A DNA stretch of 56,409 nucleotides from a virus, in IMG/VR virus record IMGVR_UViG_3300031159_000001. The stretch is one strand, 5' to 3'. The position numbers were made by a program, and so were the translations under genes. A model generated the notes under the pieces. It worked only from the letters and a program-made list of their open reading frames with translations. It had not been told where the DNA came from and did not search any database. The stretch's first letter is position 1, and every line of letters starts with the position of its first letter. Shown here in pieces: positions 6,102 to 13,764 of the stretch.

Positions 6102-6620
6102 TCACCTTCCCTTGAACTCGCACACCATCGCCGCCTGCTGGATCAGGTCGTCCGTGGTGTACTGAGCGTATATCCGCCCGAGCGCCGCATCAAACTCCGC
6201 GCGGCTTCGATATCGCGTCATCTGCCCGCGCAGCGCATCTTTGATCGTTCGTTCCGCTTCTTCAGATATGCCGACGGTTCGGATCGCTCTGATCATACCC
6301 TTCGGCCGGTCGACCAGGAACAGATTGACCGCGTTTCCCGGCTGGAAGAACTTCTCCGCATCCTGCTCGCTGATTCCGATCACATTCAGGGAAGCGTCCC
6401 ACGTCCAGCGGCTACCGAGGTATGAGACGGCAATCAGTGGTATGGAATCGATGACCGAAATATGAAGCCGCATGAAGGCATCGCGGAACGTCTTTACTTC
6501 CTTCGCCGTCGGGCCGTCGACGAAAGCGATCATGTCAAAACTGCTGCCGACGAGCTGGGCTGTGCACTGTTCGAACGATGGCACCGGCCCCGGCCACATG
6601 CCGCCTACTTCGTATCGCAC
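6102..6620 (-). CDS. Hypothetical protein (172 aa)
   Basis: Long ORF in the operon frame, overlapping the upstream HTH gene end. No recognisable motif. Confidence 0.65.
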   Translation of the reverse strand: MRYEVGGMWPGPVPSFEQCTAQLVGSSFDMIAFVDGPTAKEVKTFRDAFMRLHISVIDSIPLIAVSYLGSRWTWDASLNVIGISEQDAEKFFQPGNAVNLFLVDRPKGMIRAIRTVGISEEAERTIKDALRGQMTRYRSRAEFDAALGRIYAQYTTDDLIQQAAMVCEFKGR

Positions 6621-6847
6621 TTCGAATCATCCCCCCGATACGCGATCACCTGCTCCACCCGGAGACCGTACACCTGGCACAACTTTTCGATCACTTCCGA
6701 GCGCACCGGGAAGCGATCGTTCCAGATCTTTCCGCAGGTGTTCGAAGAGAAACCGCACTCCGAATACAGGTCTGTTTTTCTCTTCGGCCGGCTGCCGTCT
6801 CTTTGTTGTGCAAACCATTGACGAAAGGGTTCAAATGTCAGCGGCAT
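6605..6847 (-). CDS. XRE-like HTH DNA-binding protein
   Basis: LYSECGFSSNTCGKIWNDR..VRSEVIEKLCQVYG resembles a Cro/C1-type HTH. Overlaps the methyltransferase stop. Confidence 0.65.
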   Translation of the reverse strand: MPLTFEPFRQWFAQQRDGSRPKRKTDLYSECGFSSNTCGKIWNDRFPVRSEVIEKLCQVYGLRVEQVIAYRGDDSKCDTK

Positions 6848-7506
6848 GTTTCGTTCACCCCAGTTACTTCGTATTTCAGACCTTTCTCGAATAACTTCTC
6901 GACGAGTACAGCCAGACGCTTATGGTTTAATTCGGTCGCCACAAAACGCTTGCCGTTCTGGACGGCGTATAAACCGACCGTACCAAGTCCCATACAGAGA
7001 TCTCCGATGCAGGAAAAATCCTCATTCTTGCAGACCCACTCGATGATGTTCTCTTCATCCATGCCATCTAGCGGAAGCTTGACTCTCCTTTGCCCTCCTC
7101 GGATCACATAGCAGAGATTGTCCTTTTTGTGATAGTAGGTGCTATTGTAAAACGTAACCTGCGGGTACAGTTTGCGCATCTCAATCACAAAGTCGGCCAA
7201 ATACTCTTTCCCTACTTCAACATAGCAGGTATTTGGTCGAATCTCTGCGATTTGAGAAAATAAGCGTTTGTAAAACATTTCAAAATCATCCTGGTAATCA
7301 TCCCGATCCGCCTTCGTGTAGAATGAGTTAAGGTTACCCAAGTTCCATGGCGGATCTACAAAGATCAGATCGGCCTCTAGCATAAATTCGGGCAACGGAT
7401 CAAAGAGATTGTGTACTTTTGCCTTGCTACCATCCGAGAAGATGAGAGTATCACCCGGCTGAATCTGGTGGCGCAGATATGCGCCACCATAATCCCAATT
7501 AGACAT
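6838..7506 (-). CDS. DNA methyltransferase with DPPW motif (permuted amino-MTase, N6-adenine or N4-cytosine)
   Basis: IFVDPPW (motif IV) precedes DLCMGLGTVG (motif I-like). ATG 7506 overlaps the upstream stop by 8 nt. Confidence 0.8.
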   Translation of the reverse strand: MSNWDYGGAYLRHQIQPGDTLIFSDGSKAKVHNLFDPLPEFMLEADLIFVDPPWNLGNLNSFYTKADRDDYQDDFEMFYKRLFSQIAEIRPNTCYVEVGKEYLADFVIEMRKLYPQVTFYNSTYYHKKDNLCYVIRGGQRRVKLPLDGMDEENIIEWVCKNEDFSCIGDLCMGLGTVGLYAVQNGKRFVATELNHKRLAVLVEKLFEKGLKYEVTGVNETCR

Positions 7507-8086
7507 GCTCGTCCACCTCCACCATTTCCCATGACCGGGAGTAAATTTGATTTTTGAAGAGTTCCGCAATCCCCGTGATTTGCTTCAGCCGAAAAACCTC
7601 CTCCGGCTCCATTCCGAGCCTTGTAGAGATTTCTTCGTCCGTCAACCCTTGTTCAACCAGCGCGCGCACGAGCTCGGCCATGAGCTCCACCTGATGAACA
7701 CCGCGTGCGCGGTTAAACTGGACGGTCGCCGCCATGCGCTCGGCCATCGTTTGCTCCAGGACGATGATCGGGATAATGTCAGCATCCAACCATCGCTCAC
7801 CGAATATCGTATTCCGGTGGAAACCGTCCACAATCACAAAGCATCTTCGTTCTTCGTCGTACACCGTCACGACAGCAAATGTAAATCCGTTGCTGACGAT
7901 AGACTCCAGCAGCAACTGCATGTTATTGTCTGGAACATGATTCGGGTTGTAGTTGTTTGCCACGACCAGGTGGCGTGGGACAAGGATAGGGCACATCACA
8001 GGAAGTTTGACCTGTCCCTTCTTCGTCTGGATAACCGGAAAATCCGGAACCTCGAACACTCCTGCATCCGTTTCGTATCTTCTCAT
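7499..8086 (-). CDS. ParB-like nuclease-domain protein (IbrB/DndB-like)
   Basis: VIVDGFHR box (ParB/Srx DGxHR) and a C-terminal HTH-like GLTDEEISTRLGM. Confidence 0.8.
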   Translation of the reverse strand: MRRYETDAGVFEVPDFPVIQTKKGQVKLPVMCPILVPRHLVVANNYNPNHVPDNNMQLLLESIVSNGFTFAVVTVYDEERRCFVIVDGFHRNTIFGERWLDADIIPIIVLEQTMAERMAATVQFNRARGVHQVELMAELVRALVEQGLTDEEISTRLGMEPEEVFRLKQITGIAELFKNQIYSRSWEMVEVDEHV

Positions 8087-8087
8087 C

Positions 8088-9206
8088 TCACAATACCTCC
8101 TGCCAGTATTTTAGTCTTTCGATTCTCGGATCTGGTTTGTTATCAACCGGAAGGTTGTTTTCGTAATCGTTCAAAACAAGTTGTCTACATTGTTGTCGCG
8201 CTACATACTCGTTGTCCAGATGTTTCTCAAACCGTCTGACGAATATTTCTTTTTTTGTCTGATCCGGATATGTTTCGAGTAGGAAATCCCTATAATGACG
8301 CCATGATTTGAAATTCTTCGGCAGTTTAGAAACCTGAAGCATTTTCGACTCTTTACCATACAGGTTTCCGACACTGATTCCCTTGACACGTCGTAGCAAC
8401 CTGTCGTATGTTTTCGGCTCGAATTCTGGCAACTCAACGAGAGCCTTAAATGACTTTTCATGTATCAGACTGGATACGCGTATTTCCGACAGACCCAATC
8501 CTTTTTTATACATGTAGTCGTAAATTTTCGAATATCTAAGTTTTTCATCGTAGATGTATTTCCAGATATCATGAAAGTTCCAGTCGTAAAGAGGGTAGAA
8601 ACTGACATTGCCGTTTTCCATCGCAGTGCTCCAGAAAATATCCTTGTATCCTGGATTTTTGGACACAGCCCTCCACCTATTCGGGCTCTCTGTCGCGCGA
8701 AGTCCAACCAGGAATGCGGTATTGTGTCGTGTCAGTTGGAAGTTTTTTAGAACCGCGTAGAAATCGAGCCCGATGTCTTTGTTGAGTATAACTTCCGATT
8801 CACGATCCCATGACGGGTGATGGATCGCATCCTTGCGCTTCGGACGCATCCATATCTTGTGCTTTCCTGCCTCCCAACACCGCAAATACGGCTCGGTAAG
8901 GCTGGTTGCATTGGTCAAATTAAACTCTATCTGCAGCCACAGTTTGATCGTGTTCTGCGGATACAGATTCATGAGATAGTCAACCTGTTCAATGGTGCTT
9001 TCGTAGACTACCTCTTCATCGAGGAAAAACAGGCCGATCCTTCGCCCGCGTCGGTTGGCTTCCTTCAGCGCCAAATGGGCCAATACCGTGCTGTCCTTGC
9101 CGCCGCTGATGGAAACGATGATGTTTTCGAACTCATCGAAGATATAGGCGATCCGCTCGCGCGCTGCCTCCAAAACCGATTTATTCACATAAACTTGCTT
9201 TAGCAT
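8088..9206 (-). CDS. PAPS-reductase-family PP-loop ATP pyrophosphatase (IbrA/DndC-like)
   Basis: PP-loop SISGGKDS near the N-terminus. Long C-terminal extension as in IbrA-type proteins. Confidence 0.85.
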   Translation of the reverse strand: MLKQVYVNKSVLEAARERIAYIFDEFENIIVSISGGKDSTVLAHLALKEANRRGRRIGLFFLDEEVVYESTIEQVDYLMNLYPQNTIKLWLQIEFNLTNATSLTEPYLRCWEAGKHKIWMRPKRKDAIHHPSWDRESEVILNKDIGLDFYAVLKNFQLTRHNTAFLVGLRATESPNRWRAVSKNPGYKDIFWSTAMENGNVSFYPLYDWNFHDIWKYIYDEKLRYSKIYDYMYKKGLGLSEIRVSSLIHEKSFKALVELPEFEPKTYDRLLRRVKGISVGNLYGKESKMLQVSKLPKNFKSWRHYRDFLLETYPDQTKKEIFVRRFEKHLDNEYVARQQCRQLVLNDYENNLPVDNKPDPRIERLKYWQEVL

Positions 9207-10053
9207 AGAATTCTTCTAACCTCCCTATCCAGTGTTGCAGTTCACGAAAATAATGCTGATCGACCTTTAGCCCGGTGTTCAAGAACTGGACGCGACGCAT
9301 ACCTGTCGTTTTCAAAAAGTCGTTGAAGTCCAGTCGGCGGTGCGGGAAGTCGATGACGATATAGTCCCGCCGCTCGACGTGCTTGTACGTCGTGACGTTC
9401 GGCAGCTTAAATCTGTCGTTACGCGCGACGTACTCAAGCCCGGGCAAAATATGAGCGGCCTTGTACCTCCCGACGAAGACATGCAGATTGCGCGGGATCG
9501 TGTCTGGATCGGAGTTGCCAAGACCATCTAACAGCTGCACTTTCTTTTTTTCGTACTCTTGCAGCGCCTTTGCTGTGTGCCCAACATCGATGCTCTCAGC
9601 TATGATCCGCCGCGGCTTGGCGCGTACATCCTCGTCATGCAAAAAGGACCAGTCGAATGATTTTCCCTTGTATTTCCCCTTGTCCAGAAAGTCGAGGAGG
9701 ATCATAAAATCATCCTTGTCCTCGATAAAAGGAAACGTCTCGAACACGATTTTATGCGGCGTCTGATTGCAGTAGTGATGCGCACAGTTGTAGGTCAAAT
9801 CGCTGCGGTTTTGGGTGCGCATGCACTCATTGAAGACCAGGAGCGACCGCTCGTCAATCACCTCGAGCAAGTGGTAAAACGGTTTGTACTCGATGATGTC
9901 CTTGTAACCGTAATACTCGATCGGCACATCCACATCAAAAGAGACGTGGAAACTCTCCCAACTGAATGCATAGACATTTGTGATGCCGTGATTCTGGATG
10001 TATCGCTGCACGATATCTCTCTTCTCGGCATCCGACAGACCGATGCGGATCAT
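9181..10053 (-). CDS. Hypothetical protein (290 aa) with a Cys/His-rich patch
   Basis: Coupled to its neighbours by overlaps at both ends. Contains CMRTQNRSDLTYNCAHHYC. No recognisable domain. Confidence 0.6.
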   Translation of the reverse strand: MIRIGLSDAEKRDIVQRYIQNHGITNVYAFSWESFHVSFDVDVPIEYYGYKDIIEYKPFYHLLEVIDERSLLVFNECMRTQNRSDLTYNCAHHYCNQTPHKIVFETFPFIEDKDDFMILLDFLDKGKYKGKSFDWSFLHDEDVRAKPRRIIAESIDVGHTAKALQEYEKKKVQLLDGLGNSDPDTIPRNLHVFVGRYKAAHILPGLEYVARNDRFKLPNVTTYKHVERRDYIVIDFPHRRLDFNDFLKTTGMRRVQFLNTGLKVDQHYFRELQHWIGRLEEFYAKASLCE

Positions 10054-10256
10054 TGAAAGCGCCCCTTCATAAACTCACCAAAATTGAATCGTTTGGGCTT
10101 CTGCCCATACTTCAGCGCGATCTCGGCCGATCGCTGATTGAACCAATCGCGATACGGTTTCAATCGCTTCATCGCTTCCTTGTAGTCGATAGCCCCGGCG
10201 AGATACAACTCCCGTGTTTCCATGGCCTGCATTTTAATTTTATCCCCCTGGTTCAT
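10050..10256 (-). CDS. Hypothetical small protein (68 aa)
   Basis: ATGA overlaps with both the SNF2 stop and the next gene's start. Confidence 0.55.
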   Translation of the reverse strand: MNQGDKIKMQAMETRELYLAGAIDYKEAMKRLKPYRDWFNQRSAEIALKYGQKPKRFNFGEFMKGRFQ

Positions 10257-11761
10257 AGCGACAAAATCAACTCCTTCACTCGTTCTTTCATCCCCGAATC
10301 CCGAACCCGCTGCACTTCCCTCCGGAAACTTTCAACCGCACAGCCTTTTTCGAAAAGCGCAGCGCGAATACGGTCATCAATGGATTTCACACACCGGATG
10401 TCGATGTAGGTTGGTCTCCTCGTCTGGCCAATCCGGTGACAACGGTCTTCCGCCTGCACACGCTCAGAATACTTGAATCCGTTGTTATAAAACACTACAT
10501 AGGCTGCCTCATTCAAATTGAGGCCATGCCCACCAGTGCCCTGTGTCGCCACGAGGAATCGCGCTTCCCTCCGGAATTTCTCCAACTCCCGATTCCGCTT
10601 CATTTCGTTCAGCGCTCCGTAATAGTAGGCGACTGCATCCGCGCCATACCTTTGTTCGAGCGCCCGGCCGATCTGGGCGATGTCGTAGTGGTATTTCGCC
10701 CAGATGATGACTTTCTCATGCTCCGGGATCATCCAAATGGTGTGCAGGAGCTGTTCCAGCCGTTCGTGTGGAAATTCGTGCAGCTTCCCGCGATCATTCC
10801 AGAACCCGCAAACGATCTGCTGCAGGGCCGTTAACAAGCGGAAGATGCGTACACGATCCATGAATGGATCCGCATATTGCTCCTCTTCCCACAGGAACCG
10901 ATACTTCGCATACTCGTATGCCTCGCGCTGTTCAGGCGTCATTGTCACGCATCGAGTCTCGTACAACTTCGGCGGCAGCGTCATACATTCCTCTTTCGTC
11001 ACCTGGTACACATAGGGCCGGATCCGCGCGGCCAGATATTCTTCATTGTGAGTCCGCACAACCATTCCCGGATACTTCTCGCTGTATTCGAGATGGTTGG
11101 CCGCGAAGGAATAGAACGACTTGTAGCCCAGAATTTTCGGTGACAGGAAACGCATCTGGGCATACAGGTCGACCACCCCTTGTGTCAGCGGCGTACCGGT
11201 CATGGCCAGACGATACCGCGCGCGCTCGGAAAGCCGTGTGATGCGCTCTGTTCGTTTCGCCCGGTGGTTCTTGCAGTATTGGGACTCGTCCAGCGCGACG
11301 AACGAGCGTTCCGTGATCAGCTTGTTCACGGCGAACACAGTCCGCGCGCTGGACTGCATCGACTCGATGCCGACGACATACCAATCGGCCGGCGGGATGT
11401 TCCGCTCGTTGATCCGATCGTCGAAGACGCAGATCTCCGACGGCCGACAGTCGGTATGCTTCAGGATCTCGTGGCGCACCGTCTCCTTGAGAGAGACAGG
11501 GCAGAACCAGATAAAATGATCGATTTTCTGCGCGCGGACGCGCGCCAGTTCGATCGCAGTACGGCTTTTTCCTGTTCCCATCTCCATAAAGAGTGCTCCG
11601 ACGCGGCTCGGAAGCATCTTCGTCGCCGCGTCGAGTTGGTGAGGCATGAGGTCAGTCCGTGTCGCGAAGCTCCTCATCAATGCCCACATCCTCCGGCACT
11701 TCCAATTTCGGCGGTTCAGTAGAGACGACAACGCGCTTCGGATCCTCGGGTTTCTGGACAT
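10253..11761 (-). CDS. SNF2-family helicase/ATPase
   Basis: Motifs MGTGKS (I), LDESQ (II), GTGGHGLNL and RCHRIGQ (V-VI). The start is ambiguous (11761, 11689, 11677 or 11647) because the 5' end overlaps the upstream gene. Confidence 0.9.
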   Translation of the reverse strand: MSRNPRIRSALSSLLNRRNWKCRRMWALMRSFATRTDLMPHQLDAATKMLPSRVGALFMEMGTGKSRTAIELARVRAQKIDHFIWFCPVSLKETVRHEILKHTDCRPSEICVFDDRINERNIPPADWYVVGIESMQSSARTVFAVNKLITERSFVALDESQYCKNHRAKRTERITRLSERARYRLAMTGTPLTQGVVDLYAQMRFLSPKILGYKSFYSFAANHLEYSEKYPGMVVRTHNEEYLAARIRPYVYQVTKEECMTLPPKLYETRCVTMTPEQREAYEYAKYRFLWEEEQYADPFMDRVRIFRLLTALQQIVCGFWNDRGKLHEFPHERLEQLLHTIWMIPEHEKVIIWAKYHYDIAQIGRALEQRYGADAVAYYYGALNEMKRNRELEKFRREARFLVATQGTGGHGLNLNEAAYVVFYNNGFKYSERVQAEDRCHRIGQTRRPTYIDIRCVKSIDDRIRAALFEKGCAVESFRREVQRVRDSGMKERVKELILSL

Positions 11762-12818
11762 TCAGCAGCAGCGCCCGGTCCTTCGCCTCTCTCGCCTTCT
11801 GAACCAGTTCCTCGGCGCCAGGTGAAAGAGCGAAATCGTAACGCTGGGCAAAGTCCATGATCTCGTCGAATTGCTCTGGACGAACAAGCATATAGGGATT
11901 GGACCATTTTGCCGTCGGCAGCCGTTTGGCCACCGAATAGTAATCTTCATTGATCCGGTCCCACATAATGCCGAAATACTCGACTCCGGACTCGGTTCGC
12001 CTGAACACCCAGCGCGTGTGCTCGGGCTCATATGATCCAGAAATTGCCTTTTCCCGGGCCTGCGGATCATCGAGGCGAACGATGAATCCTTCAGAAAGAA
12101 GGTGATGCGCTGCCTCTGCTGCGCGGTCGTGGATGGAACCGCTGAAGAGATCCATCTTTCTCTCCCACACTCCATGTTTCCATGACATCCGAAGTTTTTC
12201 TTGAACCACCTTCCGGAAATCGTCACGGGATTCCGGAAAGCGGATCTGGAGTTTTTTGCCCTCGATCCGAATCTCAGCAATCGTCTCCGTCTTCGGATTC
12301 TCCGGCCGGAGCGGCGGCAACGGTTCGGGTTGGCAGGTCTCCTCTACCTTCTGTGCTTTCGTTCGGCGCTCAATCAGAATATCTTCATATATCTTCTTCA
12401 ACACAACCCCGACTTCCGCATATCGTTCGTTCTCAATCCACCATTTTGCGGATGAGATCTGCAATATCCGGTCGAAAATGACCGGAACTTCGTCCCACGG
12501 GAATCGATAGAAACGTCCGAAACGATCAGCATCATTTTCCCATTTTTCAATGAACTTCTCGATTCTCGAGACGAGCTTCATTCGGCAGGTTTCGCCGTAG
12601 GCGATTTGCTTTTCAGAAACACCTTTAAGATTCGGAAGCTCCATTTCCCGGGCTTTTTCCGCATTCTGTACATTTTCCGCTTGACGTTGCTTCGCCAAAC
12701 ATTCATCGCACGGCCTTTCAAACCATTTCTTTGCCTTCCATTCCCTGTGTTTGTGCGGCCCGTAGATTTGCACGCGGCCGTCATGGCCGCAGGAATGCGT
12801 GCCGTAGTGCCATGCCAT
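11652..12818 (-). CDS. Hypothetical protein (388 aa) with an N-terminal Cys/His cluster
   Basis: First gene after the strong minus-strand promoter, with a GGAGG SD. Contains HSCGH...CDEC. No other recognisable domain. Confidence 0.7.
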   Translation of the reverse strand: MAWHYGTHSCGHDGRVQIYGPHKHREWKAKKWFERPCDECLAKQRQAENVQNAEKAREMELPNLKGVSEKQIAYGETCRMKLVSRIEKFIEKWENDADRFGRFYRFPWDEVPVIFDRILQISSAKWWIENERYAEVGVVLKKIYEDILIERRTKAQKVEETCQPEPLPPLRPENPKTETIAEIRIEGKKLQIRFPESRDDFRKVVQEKLRMSWKHGVWERKMDLFSGSIHDRAAEAAHHLLSEGFIVRLDDPQAREKAISGSYEPEHTRWVFRRTESGVEYFGIMWDRINEDYYSVAKRLPTAKWSNPYMLVRPEQFDEIMDFAQRYDFALSPGAEELVQKAREAKDRALLLNVQKPEDPKRVVVSTEPPKLEVPEDVGIDEELRDTD

Positions 12819-12854
12819 ACTAAATCATCCTCCGCTTTTTATCTTGTTGCCTTC

Positions 12855-12883
12855 ATTATATATTATCGCGCCGATTTAATCAA
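12855..12883 (-). promoter_or_regulatory. Promoter TTGATT-17-TATAAT for the 10-gene minus operon
   Basis: The minus strand reads TTGATT (12883-12878), a 17-nt spacer, then TATAAT (12860-12855). Confidence 0.7.
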
Positions 12884-12937
12884 TACAATCATGCATATTT
12901 TTTTTATGCGTTCGTATTGTTTTTTGCCGGCGATAAT
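12862..12937. promoter_or_regulatory. Inverted 8-mers ATTATCGC (12862-12869) and GCGATAAT (12930-12937) abutting the two divergent -10 boxes
   Basis: Read directly. They are placed mirror-symmetrically 1-2 nt from each -10 hexamer, making them a candidate shared operator pair. Confidence 0.4.
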
Positions 12938-12945
12938 GATATAAT
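12917..12945 (+). promoter_or_regulatory. Promoter TTGTTT-17-TGaTATAAT (extended -10) for the + operon
   Basis: Read directly. GAAGGAGGGG SD and ATG 12975 follow. Confidence 0.7.
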
Positions 12946-12974
12946 GTGGTCAGACATGAAGGAGGGGTTAATAT

Positions 12975-13172
12975 ATGAGGCTCGATAAAAACATGGATGA
13001 GCTTGTTATGATTGGGAAAGAAGGCATCCGCCAAGTCATGGCGGAACTGTTTCGCCACAACGTAGAAGTGCATCCCGACGACATGGACACGATCATCGAC
13101 GCATGCGAAACGCTCGGGATGAGCGACGAGGAAATCGATGAACTGATTGATTCTGCGGCACAGAATCAGTAA
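12975..13172 (+). CDS. Small highly acidic protein (65 aa)
   Basis: Strong SD. D/E-rich C-terminus DDMDTIIDACETLGMSDEEIDELID. No recognisable domain. Confidence 0.65.
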   Translation: MRLDKNMDELVMIGKEGIRQVMAELFRHNVEVHPDDMDTIIDACETLGMSDEEIDELIDSAAQNQ

Positions 13173-13268
13173 AAGCCCGCCTGACGATGACCGGATGGCT
13201 ACCGGTCGAAACATCCCTAATAAGGGGATGTCGCGGGAAGCCGCACAAAACCAAAAGGAGGGGTAATA

Positions 13269-13643
13269 ATGAAAAAGATTCTCTTCGATAAGGAATATGG
13301 CGGCAAGGTCCACATGGTCGCTACATATGAACGAGAAGACTTCTACTATCTTCCGGGTGAAACTCCGTCCGATCACATCATGATCGAACGGAAAACGGAA
13401 AAGGAAAACCACATGGTTGTTCTCACGTTTGAAGAATTGGAGAAAATCTACCTTGAAACGAAGAAAGTGCGGTCCATCACGAAGTGGGTAGTATATGCAA
13501 GGGATCGCGGCGGCGATCCGCACAACGATGAACGCGCACGCATCGTCGACGAGGCCATAGAAAAGTGCCTTGAAGAGCTCGGAATCGGACAAGGAACGGC
13601 GGAAGCGGTCGGCGTGACAGAGGAATTTCTCGAATACTTCTGA
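13269..13643 (+). CDS. Hypothetical protein (124 aa)
   Basis: AAAAGGAGGGG SD 6 nt before the ATG. No recognisable domain. Confidence 0.7.
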   Translation: MKKILFDKEYGGKVHMVATYEREDFYYLPGETPSDHIMIERKTEKENHMVVLTFEELEKIYLETKKVRSITKWVVYARDRGGDPHNDERARIVDEAIEKCLEELGIGQGTAEAVGVTEEFLEYF

Positions 13644-13665
13644 TTAATCATCCAGCCGGCAGAGC

Positions 13666-13749
13666 AAAAAAGTGAAGCCCTCCGGTCTCGCACACCGGAA
13701 GGCTTCAGGGCAGAGACTATGGACAGCCCTCTGCCCCTCCATTATAACA
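13666..13749 (-). ncRNA. Candidate antisense small RNA (extended -10 promoter, two hairpins, terminator)
   Basis: The minus strand reads TGtTATAAT (13749-13741), a GGGCAGAG/CTCTGCCC hairpin, a 12-bp stem (13674-13706), then ACTTTTTTG. Confidence 0.3.
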
Positions 13750-13764
13750 CAGGAGGGTATTTAT

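Noticed and set aside
7499-8086. ParB-like protein as a plasmid-prophage partition system
   Set aside because: No ParA/Walker partner and no parS-like repeat array. The gene is coupled to a PAPS-reductase-like gene and a methyltransferase, and the phage has an integrase and attP.
12876-13592. 238-aa minus-strand ORF
   Set aside because: Runs through the divergent promoter region and antisense to two + genes that have strong SDs. No SD of its own.
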